Source of the DNA: Phoronis australis
Taxonomy: Eukaryota; Animalia; Phoronida
NCBI GenBank assembly: GCA_002633005.1
Contig: NMRA01000612.1
Span: 1 to 64,000, forward strand
Direction: 5' to 3'
DNA length: 64,000 nt
The notes below the pieces were generated by a model. It saw nothing but the letters and a program-made list of their open reading frames with translations. It was not told the DNA's origin and did not search any database. Positions 36,101-51,100 of the stretch are shown here, one piece after another (position 1 is the first letter of the stretch; each line of letters begins with the position of its first letter). Both the position numbers and the translations under genes were made by a program.

Positions 36101-39100
36101 GTCTAGATTCTGTGAAAAAATGTTGCAATGTTACATTTTAATGAAACAGGCCTCTGAAAGCATAAAGATGTGTTTTACCATCAGTTTCTGTGGTGTCGTG
36201 GATATTTTTAAATTCTTGATTAATACAGACTACATACTTGAGAACTATACTGTACTCACAGTTTACCTTTATAGAATGCTTGGCCTGCAGGTGAACCAAC
36301 AAAGCTAACATGTTGAGTGCACATGTGTAAAATGGATCTTCACGTGTGGTTATCCACTCATCAATCATTGACAGCAGCTCACTTTTCCCAAGTATGAGAG
36401 ATGAAACTTGAAAAATATTCATGAACACTGGTCATACTTTCCCTAATAAGCGTTTCTGACCCCTTTTAAATTTCAGATCTTTTTTGAATGAGCACTCGTC
36501 CACAAAATGTGAAACATAAAAGATGTGTATTAAAGTTTCAAAGGTTTTCAACATTCATTGCCTCTGAAATTATTATTCACTGAGAAGGAACTCCTTTCAA
36601 GTAGTGTCGTACAGTTTGTCATACCGGGTAAAACCTTTAGGTTGCAAATAAGTCAATATCAACAAGTTTTTGTTAGTGCAACATATTTCCACTCAACTCA
36701 AAAGCAAATGTCATGGGAACCAAGGTGGTTTCAAGACAAATGGCTATGCCTATAAAGATATTCACTTTTTAATATAAATGAATTTATAGAAAAGTCCTGG
36801 CTCCCAACAACTAACCTGTACTGCTGGCTTTGATAATATCCCAAGACAAAAGACAGGTGATGAAGTTCGTTGTAGTCTTTACATCATTCATGTCTTTGTT
36901 GATAATCATGTTAATCACTGCAAAATACACATTATTGCTTTGACAAGTTTGTGTTCTACATTCATGTAAATAGTCTTAGTGGTTACTTATTAACATCCAA
37001 CACTTATAACTGCATATTCGCAGCATGTTCAAATTTTCTCATGAATATTACTGTCTGCATAAATTAATGTGTTCATTACTCACCATGGTATAGAACCATA
37101 ATGTAGGACGATGTGTCAACTGAGGGTGACTTCTGAAGCACAAGTACCAGGAGCTCTAGCAAACCATTAATATTGCACTTTCCCACTGCAAAACAACAAA
37201 CAACAACTACGCAGTTTTACGTCCCACACAATGTTAAGCTATGATGAATTTGCAGACTAAAACTGAAACTACACAAGTTAACAGCTGCGAATCATTCTAT
37301 TGAAGTCATTGATGAAATCTGGATGACTACATACACACGCCCATGCAGTCTGCAATATAGAGTCTTCCCAAAACCATTAATTTCAAAGGGTGGAGTGCTT
37401 GGGTTTGCCACATTTATGTACTTTACAAGAACATATGAGAAACGCATTGGTACATTCAAAATATAGGACTATTCTGTACCACAAAACATTTTGTAATATC
37501 GGAATTGAGTATAAGTGATCAACTTTAGCTGTTTATGAGAATGATCTTACTTCCAGCTGACTTAGCAATGAAAGCCTTGTTCAGTGCATTAAGTATCGAC
37601 TCCTGCCTTGGCTGCATTCCACTGCTGTACTGAAACAAAACCATGTTCCTTGTTTAAAGTGCTACTCAGTTGTTTCAGTTTTTTCAGTGTAGCTACTTGT
37701 CTGAAGAAAGTTCACATGTCCCCATCTGATCTGCTGGATTTGCCTTCATTTCATTGATGGAACTCCTATATGTTTTCATACAAAAATTCCACAACTGACT
37801 GCGAAATAGCTCACTGCATTGTTAAAATTGCTCAAAATTTCATTATTTGTTGATAACACCTGTACCATCTTATGAATCAAGCAAAAGGAAGTAGTTTTGT
37901 TCTTGTTTATTTTATTTAAATTTTTTTTCATAAAATTTCATCCTTCTAAGTTCAGGAAACTTTACCGTACACTCCAACAGAGCTTATAACGTATTTAAGA
38001 AGTTGACAAAAATGTCGAAACAAGATGAATGTTGTCTGGTGTATACTTACCTTTTCTAGTACTGATTTCATAACATTAACAGCAGCTCTACTGGCCTTTT
38101 CCATACCAACTGATGCAAGATCCTGTGATGAAAAATAACCATTTTTAATCTGCTGAATAACGTTGAAAATAAATCTGAAACTAAATAAGGCGAGCCAGAT
38201 CCTCCCAAGGATACTATTGTTTCACGAAATGTAGAATATAAATAAGTTGACAAAGGACGTTATTACGGTACATCCGAAAATTTCAGTTGATCCATTCTTG
38301 TTGTTTTATTTACCTATTTATAATCTGCTGAAACATTTTTGACTGATCTGATCATGACTACTGTTGAAATGATTAAAAGTCTGAGAGAGAGCGAAGTATT
38401 TATTTAATCAGATACAAATACATGATACGAAACAATGAATAATATATGAAAGAGCTTATGTACAAACACAAAATTCAATAATGGCTGCTATCACATACCA
38501 GTATTTCTTTTCATTTAAATGGCATACTTTATACAATCTGATTTGGTTATCAAGGTATAAAACATAGTGGTTGGTTACCAGTGATAATTATTACTGATAT
38601 ATGCAAGATGAATTCACAGAAAAAATGTTTTTATTTAGAATACTGAGGGACAGAATCCCAAATGGGAAGCATTGAAGATGGCCAACGGCGAAACAAAATC
38701 TCTAAACATTCAAACACATATAACAATTTATGACAAGGCAGTTTTCTTCATAGTTGTTTATACTATATTTTTAAAGTAGAGAAAAGCCTAAAAAGGAATG
38801 GGTTGTTTTATTCAAAATGCATTCTGGAAAATTGCAGCGATTTAAAAGATTTGGCAAATGGTAACGCAATCTGTTTTGTGTTGATGTTTTTTTTGTTGGA
38901 GACATAATATATGATGGTCTATAGTTTGTAGTAGTAATGTAACCAGAAAATTGTGATCATGGTGTTTTCTTGAAGTGGCTAATATTCTTTGATGAATTCT
39001 GTGTTGTGAAATTATCTAGGGAACATTTTCTTTATATATTTGTCGTTAAACTAAGCAAAATGATTAAAATATATCATCAAAAAGTAATATTTGAAGAGTT

Positions 39101-42100
39101 TTACAAATTGGTCGAGTGTGACTAAGAAACACAGAATTGTTGACATTTAGTATAGCTTTTTTATTGTAACCTGGTGCTACCTCCAAATGCTCAAACAGTT
39201 ATTTCATGTGCGAGTTGAGATAAAATGAGACAGTTAATATATTATTTGTAAGATGAGAGTGTGAAAATGGTGTTTTGAGATTCATAGATTCTGTTGATCA
39301 GCTCAAGGGCTGCTTGTTCAGTCAAGTGATAGGTGCAAAACCCATACTGAAAATTGTATAAGAAATCATGTTGTATGAGGTATGTGTAAACATACTTGTA
39401 AATTTTTTTTGGAAGGACTGATATTCGACAATAGTTGTCCAGGGTATTGGGATCAGTCATTTTCTTTAAAAACTGGAATAAAATGTTCTATTTTTAATTT
39501 GTTGTAAAAATACCTGTCTGTGAATGCCGTTTCAAAAAATTGTTGATAGTCCATCAAAACAGAGATTTTGACTTGAGATTTCAAATATGTTTAAAAACAA
39601 AAACTTCAGATACATGGTTGAATCTGAAAGTGTTTTTATAGGAAGAGTTGAAGAATAATTGGAGACTTCATCAAACTAATGTCCTGACTGTTGGGCTAAA
39701 TTTTTCCTAAGTTAACGGGAACGTGATTAAAATTTTCCATAAGTTCTTTTTGATATGTGATTGTGTTATTGCTGATATTTATAAATTTTGGTAATGTACT
39801 CTTTTGAAGGGTTGTCTGTTACAGACTTGTTTCTCATGTTTTCTTTATGACAAATTTGAGGACGTTGTTATAAGCTTGTAGTTGTGTTCATAAACTGAGT
39901 AAACAGACAAAGTAAAAGGTGTTCTTTTCAGTTTGTAGTATAGTTTGTATCTAATTTTTATCGACAGGAGAATACTTTGCATCTCCCATTTATTTGTTGT
40001 GAGGGCTGTTCCAGTAAAATCTGTATAGGAGGGGGGAAGGCACCTTTTTTTCGCACCCACCACCCATATTTTTCATTTATTTCTTCAGCCCACCACCCAT
40101 AATTTTTTATAGGTTTGAAATGCAACCACCCGTAATTTTTTTTTTGTTCTTGTGGTTGACTGCACAGGCGCTTGAGTTTATCTGTTCCTCCATCACCACT
40201 AACGTCATTCATTACTATGAAAACATATGATTCTTATATATGGTTATTAGCCATCGAGAAATTCGAGCACCTGTGGTTAAATGGTGTTATGGGCATGCGG
40301 ATGAGGAGATCGGAGGGAGTGAAAAAGTAAGAGCTTTTTGCAAGTTGCATTTTTGTTTCAGTTTTTGATTCTGTGCGAATTGTTTATAAAATTTACTAAA
40401 ATTACCCACCATCAAACATTTATGGCCCAATGAAACAACAATGACCAGTAAATTTTTTTTTTTTGAAGTACGACCACCAGCCATTTTGAATTTAAATCAA
40501 ACGCAACCACCCATAAATTTTTATTTCAGCTGCCTTCCCCCCCTCCCACACAGATTTTGCTGGAACAGCCCTGAGTTTATATTTGTTGAATTTGAGTTTT
40601 ATTTGGAAAGTGAAGATGTTAATAAAGGTATTGTTATTATGGTTAGGGTTGCAATAGGGATCAGAGTTTAAAGATGGCTTTATGGAATGCAAGTCATTTC
40701 TAAAATTACCTTGAAGTTTTAGTGGTAGTAAACTTAGTTTTTGACATAACCTTATGTAAACAGACAGATATGAATGTAGGGCAATGACCAGAAAGATTGA
40801 TAATTAATATGTCACTGTCTGAGTACTGAGACCTTGCTAAGAATGTTGTCGATTAGTGTACAAAAGCTGTGGAGGAAATGTCGGAAATGTTATTTTTGGT
40901 AAAAGGTGTAAGTCTAACATATGATTGAAGAATCTGCAGTTATTTCGATAAGTTATTATAATGTGTCATGACTTTCTGCTACTTGAATGCCTTTGAAGCC
41001 AGTTTGAACAAGTTAATATTGGGACAATAAACTTTGTCTAACCTATAGTTCCCTTTCCTTGATAGGAAAAATATTAAGTTTTGCCCATTTGTAATCTCTT
41101 GGGACTGTAGAACTTTCAAACTGCAGACATTAGGACTAATGGTACAAAGAATTATTCTTATGAATATTGGACCTATTGATATTCTCAACATGACCCTGTG
41201 AAGCTTTTTGCATGCCTCATCTTTGATGAAAAAATGGATTTAGTAAAAAGGTCACTAGTGATCTGATGGATTTACTATCATGTAATATCGTTGCTAAAAA
41301 CACTTACCAAGAGTGACTGATAGCACACTTCATTATTTACTATCAATAGCTCAAGCTCCAAGTCAACTGAACTGCCAGAGTCACTGAGTTTCTCTACATC
41401 CATCCACATTTCAAGCTGGAAATGACATAGGTTAAAACTATTTTACTTTTGCAAAATAATCAGTTCCATTTGTATTTTTTTAAAATGAATGTCAATTATA
41501 AAAAAAAAAAATTAATTATGTGTTTAACTTAAGGAGCCATGACAAACTGCCTTTTCTTATCAAACATATCATTTTCAATATTTTTATAAGGGCAAGGGGC
41601 CTAAATAAAATGTTTCAACACAAAGGGTTCAACCCTTCTAAAAGATTTTTTTAAATTAGCATAACATTTATAAGCAACAGTTAACTTACTGCATTACAGA
41701 ATTGTTCAAGTTGAAATTACCATCTCTCTGCCACAAACTACTTGTATGTCAGTGCAACTGAACACTAGTTTAAGCACCGATGCATGATGTATGTACCACT
41801 GGGAAGGGTGTCCACAGTTGACAATGGTCCGACAAACTATGTGTAGAGCATTGCGAACAACATCTGACCACTCAATAACATTTGGTAAGGCAAGCTGTAA
41901 TAAAGATTAGATAAACCAATTAGGAAAACCATATTTAAGATGTCCAAGCATATTCTTTTGACACCCAGAGTCAGTTTGCCAAGTGTGAGTGCCTCAATAA
42001 GTGCTTTTTGACAATGCAACCCTGTGTTAGCTTTCTACCAAAGTGCTGTCCTCACAGACTTATCCTAGAATGGGTTGTCACTAGGTTTGGGGCTTGTCTA

Positions 42101-45100
42101 GACGCTATTTAAATTAGTTTAACTTGTCCCACTTGTGATAACCTACTCCACCACATCAGGTAGGGTAACTTGTTTAGGGTAACTTGCGCCACTTTTAAAT
42201 TACTGTGAGGTCAAAAACTTAGGGCAGCAGTAATTATCAGCTGCATTTACATACAGACAGGTTTTCTTTGCTGTGTTTGCATCAGCAGTTCATTTTCATT
42301 TACAGATCGACAACTTCTGCCTTGCACTAGTTATGAGATAAATGTTTGTATGGATGCTTCACTTGAGGCAAGTTACTCTAGGATAAGTTAGTGTGTGGAT
42401 GGGACTATAGTCAGGCAAATGTGAAAACATTCAATTGTACCATTGCTTGTACTTATCAATGGTATTTCACAATGCAGTGGGCATGGATTTGTATGTACTT
42501 GTAACCTCACTAAGTAATTTTAATGATCATTGAAATATTTTGTGTTAACTTTAAACACAATTCAACACGAAATTTCACACCAGTGATGGAAAAACTAGTT
42601 AAATTTATTTTCTCAAAAACCAAAGTTTTTGAAATTTAATGAATATACTTACAGACAGGAGAAATAAAACTGGTTTAATAAGATGTAATTTCAGTGGCTG
42701 ATGCTGTGTGATGAAAATGCACAATCTTTCCCTTAGGTGGGACTCTTGTATAAAACTGCAAGGAACAAAATTTTTATACCCTTAAATTGATAAGCTGTGC
42801 TCTAATAAAAAAAGAAAAGAGGAAATTCAGACAGCTCAAGAATCTGTTCAACACTCTAAAAGCACAACGTGAAAAGTGTAACATCACTGGTTAAAATCAT
42901 TAAAGGGTCTTCCCTTTATCACAATAGGAATTACCTGTTGCCATGATAAAATGATGTGTACAGCAAAAGTACAAGTGACGTCTGTGCTGCTACAGTGCTG
43001 GTGTCTAAGTCAGTAACATGTTGTTCTAGTATATTAGAACTCTCTTCCAGGCTACCTTCAAGGTACTTCTCTCCAATTAATATAGTGTCTGTAACTTCAG
43101 GTAAGGCCATATCATCTTGTAGCGTGACATTCACCAGGCATGCAAGAACCCGACACACACAGTTTGTTAAGACGGAGCTCCTATAGTTAGAGTTAAATTT
43201 AGTTGAGAGTATTCTCAAATGTGAGACGTCAGAATGTAAGGAAATGTGGGTCAAAATGAGCTTGCTACTAAAGTAAACAGATCATCATACAACATTATCT
43301 GAACATTTTAAGTCAAGAAAAATGGGCAGGATATAGTACTCAGCAAGTCTACATGAATTGCATTATGTTTTTGCCTGACCTGCCATTTGGTGTACGCCTG
43401 GTACTTATGGTAAAGGTATGACATTCATAAAGTATTTGGTTTAAATTGGGAGTGTGTGATAGTAAAGCCATGGAACATTAAATATTTGCATAAGAGGGAT
43501 TAATATGGATTAGTGCATATATTAGAAATTAAAAACCTTCCTTGTTTAAATTTGACTCGACTCTTCTGACATACACTAATCTGGTTCTCCTTTTTAGAAC
43601 ATTTAGTGTCCATTTGATAGTATATAAATTAGGACAGTATGGACAGTGAGGGATTATAAGGAAAGTACTTGTACAGAGCAAAGTGTCCTGAAATACACAA
43701 TTGTATTTTGATGAACAGCAATGAATTCCTTAATTTTTGTTAATCAGGCAGATAGATTCATCCCAAGTTTTCGTTGCAGACATGATTCTTAAGTATTGAA
43801 ACATTCATACAATTCTTACCGAAATCTGGATTTTATTTGAAGTGTGGTTGATATCACTCCACTTTCACAAAGTTTAATTAACAATTCTTGGATTTCTGGT
43901 GAGCTTTTTGCAACCACTCCATTCAAGACTTGATAGAAATTGATGAAAATTGTTTCTAGTGGGATTTCGTTGAAGTTGTTCTGAAATGAAAAGTGTTACT
44001 CCATAAATTAATAATTACAGGTCTGTTATTGGATATTTCAAGAAAATACCTGATTAAAGAATACCCAGTAAAATACTATCATATGCCATGTAATGACATT
44101 ACTTAAAACAATATCAAGCTCTGTTCAATCAAGTCAAAAATGGCGAACTTCGAAGTAAGATGAAATAAGACTGATGCAACTTATCAAACCAACTTATCAA
44201 ATAACACCTATGAAGTCCATTCTGACCACAATCATAGAAAACAAAAATTAGTAACTTGCCTTATTTCACAACCTGATTATTGTGCAAAATCAAAACTATT
44301 GACTCTTGGCATTGTGTAAAACCGGATGTGGAAAGGTGAGTCATACTACTTGAGCCAAAGTAGTGCTCAATATAGCCTTAAATATTCGAAATATAGCATA
44401 CACCTATACCTGAAAATTGTTGTGTTGGTAGAAAAAAACAATAATAATGGTAATAATAATAATAATGATAATAGTATTTCAGTTTCAAGGCAAAATTTTG
44501 TTCAACTTCAAAACTAGATGGAAATATTTTTCAAAATCAAGAACAACTGGTTTGAAAACTTACAAGTATAAACGGTATGCAAATTTCATCCATCACCATG
44601 ATAATATAGTTACACATGTGTGTCTGAATATCATCACATCTGTCTTGATCTTCTTCAGGCATTGAAAACGCCTGTTCACTGATCAACATTTGGTTGTTAT
44701 CACCAATGAAAAGTCTAAAAAAAACATTAACTTATGATGAGAATTCATGAACTTAAAAATCACAAAATTCAACACCAAATCTCTTTTAAGGGGGAATTCA
44801 GGTTTGCAGCCCATGTTAAAACAGGCCCTATCTATTTGACACAAATTAACACCAAAGCCTCCCCTCCTCACTAATATCCTCACCCACTATTTAATGAATG
44901 AACAATAAGAAATGTAATCTTTACTTTTGGATTTCTGATTGAATGGGTTGGAATGACCTTAAATTAACTGCTCTCGACTGAAAACAACTTACTTGCAAAT
45001 AAGATGCAAAACTTTGAACAGTTTGTCTGCATACAACAGACACCTCTCTCTCCTTGCACTGTTGTGTTTACTTGCTTTACTCTTGCTTATAGCAGTCAGT

Positions 45101-48100
45101 CTATGCAACTTTTCATTTTTGAATTTTTCCGCAAGGTAAAGTACTGTAGATTTGATGTCACCCAAAGGCACACCAGATTGCAAATGATCCACACTGAAAA
45201 CGTTACATGTTTATAACCAATATTTTAATTTAACAGATAACTATAGCATTTGAAATATATGTTGAAAGTTATATTGTAATCAAAACACTATACAATGAAC
45301 AGTAAGAACACTGGAACGTTATAAAACTGTTTTGTAGTTTAGCCTGCATTGCAATAAATATACTGTTAATCTCATTAAGATTTAATTAAGGGAGTACCAT
45401 TACTTCTTAAAGTAAGAATTATTGGCCTTCTTACATGCCATATGTTGGTTACATCACATCAGTGACCAACAACTTAGTTTGAAAAGATCTGTCCTGACCA
45501 GAGCAAACTTGGGACTTTCTGTTAAATGTGGTCCACTGATCTATTGGGACCTCCAGTTAATTACAGAAATGCACTCACACTTTACAGTTAGCAACTTACC
45601 CAAACATATTTATAATTGTGCTGATATAAATCAGCACGTGACTAACACTCTTTACTTATGCATATCATATCAAAGTACCACAATTATTTATATACCATCA
45701 ATTCTTGTTGCAATAGAAAAATTACCTTAGGTAATTAGCCATTGCATTGCAGCTTGCCAAGATTACATGTTGACTTAAGTGGTGAATGCCTTGTGCTATA
45801 AGCTTCATACATGTCTTCCCCTTAAAGGCAGTATTGAGCAGTTTAACGTCAGCAGATTGGTGCTTTTCCAACAAAATGGACAAAAGTGACATTCCATGAA
45901 CTATCGTCTGAGGACTGTGCTCTTTGAAAGCCTGCTCAAGGGACCGCAAAATGGAATCTATACCTAACAAGCAAACAATAATTTATTAGCAATGACTAAA
46001 AATACCAGGGATTATATTGTAATTGTGTGAGCACATTACATAATGAGTTAATTTCTCAAAGTCAAGAATGTGTTATTCCCACCATTAGACAAATCTTACG
46101 CTCATGGGATTTGCATGTAAGTAGACAAGAAAGCGTGCTCTGTTTATCCCAGAGTATCCAGCGAATTCCTCAGCACATCAAAGGGCCCTTTCATACTAAA
46201 TTAACTGCGGTCTGAGTGGAGCGTCGATGTAAACTGCCAAGTTAACTGAACCATTCATATCGAATTCAGCAGTTAATGGACGACATCGAAGTAAATGATA
46301 GGTGACGCTGTCGTCATAAAAGTAATTGCAAGGTAACTCTGGCATCGTGTGCACACTAAGATTTTTTAATGTGACAATTTCAGAACATTTATATGTGCTA
46401 ATTGACATAAAACTTATTTCTAATTTGATTGGGGATTATTCGAGCAAAATATAAGCAACTATTAGTGACAACACTGCCCTTTATCGGTGATGATAACAGT
46501 GGCCCCCGGCAATAACTTTGATGGAACCGAAGTTGATGATTCATACCACACCGCAGCGTCTGCACTGTGCCGTTAAATTTACTTTTTACTGGAGCTGTTA
46601 ACTTTGACCCAGGACCAAAGTAAACCGTTCATACTGACCGCAACTCCCCAAAACACTGGTTGGTATGAACGGGCCTAAAGGCTTGATGGCACTATCACAG
46701 AATGAAGTGAGCTAGTTGCTATTTATGGGCTTGGCTTAATGTGTATTGATGGAGATGATTGTGATCGTAAACAACTGGCATGTTTAGTAAGACAAGCAAC
46801 CAACATGACTTTATAAAATTGCAAAGTAAATATTAACCATCTTCGAATTTTTTATATCGATGCATTACAAGAGAAATTGGTGAGTAGGATTTCTTTAGCA
46901 TCGCTACTAAACCATGCACACTAATTAGTGAATCAATTTGGACAGGTTAGTCAGTCAGGTTTAACGTCACTTAGTATAGGTGCTAGCATGACAAAACCCC
47001 AAATGTTAGCGTAGGAGTTGGCTCATGACATCTGCAATGTAACCAGTTAACATCACAGTCTCTTGGGATCATTAAGTATTCAAAAAAATATTTTCTAGCA
47101 GCTGATATCATATCAATAAATTTGAATGATAACAAAAAACTTAAACCCAAAATAACTACCATAAACAGCATGACATTTTGAGAAGAACGTCCAAGAGTCT
47201 GTGAACACTATTAAGCAGCAGAAAATGGATCGCACTAATAACTCGTTGGTAGATGCCAAACCCTCAAACAGAAACTCTGAAATATAAAACAAAAAGAATA
47301 ATCACATAACTTGATGTTGTAATACGAACATTACAGCAATATTTTATAAAAGTGTCTTCAGTTGTATTACAAACAGTTCAGTCTCCAAATTTTGTATCCT
47401 CTTTCTCCAATGGTGGTTATTCTATTAATCCAGTGTACACTATTTAATTAAATATCTCCAAAACCCCTATATGGATGTTTGTGAAATTTTACTGAAATGT
47501 TCCTGTCATGAGCAGGATGGTGCACGCAAGTAGTGGCAATTTCTGTTTTTATATTTGCCTCAGTCTGTATATACAGAATTCCTAGACAAATATTTGTGAA
47601 ATTCATGTTGTTAACCTATGGCTCAATATCTAGCAAGTTCTTTGACAATTTTGTGACATTTGGTTTACGTCTTCCTACTGAGGAGAGTAAGACTGATGTT
47701 GATATTGGGAAAAGTTTGAGCACTGCAGTATCCCCTAGTGATTTTCTTTGTGTGCCTCAATACCTGGTCTAGTTCTTTGGTGGATGTTCATTAAATATGG
47801 CAGATAAGTTTCCAACAAGGAGACAACAGCACCTGTCCTGTTTCACATGGATTTGACCCATGGTGCAGCCCTTTGTGTGACATTTTTATTACTTTTTGTG
47901 TGTGTTTTCATTCCTATCCACTTAACCATGCAGTTAAATTATCGTCATGAAAGGTGACATGTGTTCCTATTGCAGAGTAGTGCATGGCTAATGAAAGTCT
48001 ATAATTATGAAGCAGTCATAACTTTCAAAACCGATTTAAAGATTATAATTTATGATCGACATATATCCCGAATAATGTATAAATGATACGTGCGTTGCAA

Positions 48101-51100
48101 GCTCGTTACCAGAGATGAAAAGGAGACCGAGGTAGGCGATATAAGGTCATTTATTATAACGAATAGAATTACAAGTAAATATAGTGAATACAGATAATAA
48201 AAATAAAAAATGATAATCTCTGGTAAAATGGGCAATAAAAAAAGCGCCGGCCACATGGAAGTACGAAAGAACGAAAACAGGGTGGTAGAGGGTGGAAAAA
48301 AATAAGTTTTGGAACATACGACAATGTGGCCGGAACAAAAGTGAACTGAAAACAAGGTTGCCATAGCAAAGAAAATGCCTACGGACATGTGACAATCATC
48401 AGCCTATGAGAGCCAAGAGCTGACCAAACTCAAGACACGAGATAACAACAGACCAATACGAAGGCTGGGAAAACGACATGCAGTCCTGCACAAGGAATAA
48501 TGGAATGAACACTTTAATACTTTAGCACAGTTCTAACTCTCTGGGAGGGTAGTTAGGCAAGAGGTCATAACTTTCTGGGAGGTTAGTTAGGCGAGGGGTT
48601 CTAACTCGGTTTGTGGCACTCAGCTGCTGTCAAATCTTGTTGGAAACAATGTCGCACCAAGGCACTAACTGGGGTAACTTGGAAAGTGGCAGCACAGACA
48701 ACTAGCTACTAAAACCACAAACTGGGGTTACAGCAGTTTTGACTGTCAGAGTGAATAGTAATGTTTACATGACTTACAATCAGGTTTAGTTGGTCTGAAC
48801 ACACCTTAACCCTGAAAATTGCCAGCAGTTAAGCCAACTGATTTTTGTAGCCATACTAAAAAGCTTTTACATTTTCGTAATGTAGCACTTATGTTTCTAT
48901 TATAGATAAGACAGCAGGACCTAATTTTTAGAATAATGCCACTGTTTGAAAATATGAAAGCCATAAACTGAGTTACAATATTGAACAACAGTTGAAGGTA
49001 AGGTGGTGCCCTCACCCTTTATGGTCATCAGTGTAGTGACCTGGCCTTGGTTTTGCAAAAATTGGAACATACCTGCAACATCAACCTGGAGTAGTATTTC
49101 TAGATAAGCTTCGTGTTTTGATATTATATAAGCCACACACTGAGTTGCTGCAATTTGAACAACTGGGTGTTTGCTGACCAGAAGTTTCTTCAGTGAAGAT
49201 GGTAAGGTGGCGCCCTCACCATTCGTGGCCATTAGTGTAGTTAAGAGTTGAGAATTGTTAATCATTTTCTTCAGTAACCCTGAAACGTATATCCAGTATT
49301 TCAGATAATGAGAAGTTGGTGATCAGAATTACAACTCAGTATTCCACCAGTAATATTGTAAAATTTAAAAACAGTGATTTAAGTTACATTCTGGAAAATG
49401 CTGCAAGCATTTAAAATTGTGTTAAGCTTATAAATATTTGAAAAACAAAGCCTTTTAGTGCCCTGACAACAAATAGAAAAAACAACCATAAACACTTGGG
49501 AAATGTTTTCAACTTACTAAGCACATGGGTAGATGTGTCCAGTGTTGATGCTGTATTGAGCACATTAATTACTTCCTGACAGAGAAGTTTGTGTAAACTG
49601 TGAGGAAGTTCTCCAGTAGAACACAGGGAGGTCAATATGGCCAAGGTAGCATTCTGTACTGGTTCACTGGGATAGCTAATACCAGAGCACAAGTACTCCA
49701 CAAATGGATCTGCATGGAAAGTATAGTTTTACACATCACTAACCCAGTCCATTAGAAAATCAGCCATTTCACGGCACTTTGCACACTGTCAACTGATTTG
49801 TAAAAGAACCACTGTTGTCAATTCTTCTTATCACCAGCACTGAGCACCAGACATTCCTTTCAAGTGGGCCAAGTCAATCACCATATTAGCCATGATTTTA
49901 CAGCCATAAGACAATGACTGAATAAACTGCAATAAGGTATAATGAAACCACTGATTTTTTTTAACTGATTGACTCCTGAAATTGTGTATTCCTCATGAAG
50001 TGATGTAGGTTGGGATAATTTTTTCGTGAGGAAGTACAATAAAAATTGGCTAAAAACGATGTGATTGGATTGGGACTGTTGACCAATGTTTCAATACTGA
50101 CGGATTTGTTCACCTTAATGTGATGGTACGGGATGTTAGTAACTGTGGTTTCGTTATTGTTATGCTTATTTAGTTGCTATTGTTCATTTATTGTTTTGCT
50201 TGTCTTTGTTGCATCTTAGGGCGCTGTATACTTGTTACTATAATAATAATAAACTTTATTTAAAGAGGATAAAAATACAATAAATGTAAAACATGCTTTA
50301 GCCCGAAAGGCTAATATCCAGCATGGTTCTCATGGGTCATGCGGACAAGACTGTATGTGTCTGGCACTTTGCTGGCGACAGCAAGAGAAGGGTATCTTGT
50401 CCTTCCCTGGCCTATGGAATTGAGCGTGTGTTGTGCGCAACTGAACAGTACAATGTATTGAGGTGAAATACACATCTTTGGTGTTCACTGGAGATTCATT
50501 CAGTTACATTTGGCACCCAGCGTGCTTCGAACCTATGGAAGCTTTTGTACAGTTACGATGCCTAACAAACTGTGGTTGTGTTACAGCTCTGCATGGTAGA
50601 TTGAACTGCTACCTGACTTTGCAAGATTTGTGTGATTTTTTCCCACTTAAATTTGTGTCTTTTTTTCTGAAAAGGTTGCCTATAATAAGTTAAGTGCTCA
50701 TGCTGTGTTTTTAGCTGTTTTAGCAACCATTGAAAAAAACATTGTTTCCAGTGAAAAATTATGTTTTAAAGGTTGCATACACATGAAGACCATCAGTTTG
50801 GGGGTTACTAGTCTCACCCTAGCCGTTACATACTTTGAAATGGTTCACGGCAAACACTCATGCTATCCATAATTTGAAGTTAGCAGACATGAGACCAGAA
50901 AGATATAGTACTCATTATAATTTTCAATCCTTTGTTGCTGAAGTGCACAGAGTTTCAACTGTATATCCACTATACTAAGCCATAGGCTAGCCAAGGCCAC
51001 TACTGATATAGCCAATGCTGAAGTATGCTGCCCTGCACTGCATGGTATAAGATTCATATCAAACAGTAGAGCACTCCTGCTGAAGAGCTTCCAATAACGG

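Noticed and set aside
48050-48395. Three overlapping hydrophobic ORFs in a MEI1 intron
   Set aside because: T-rich low-complexity strand that is open in all frames; the MEI1 model is complete without them
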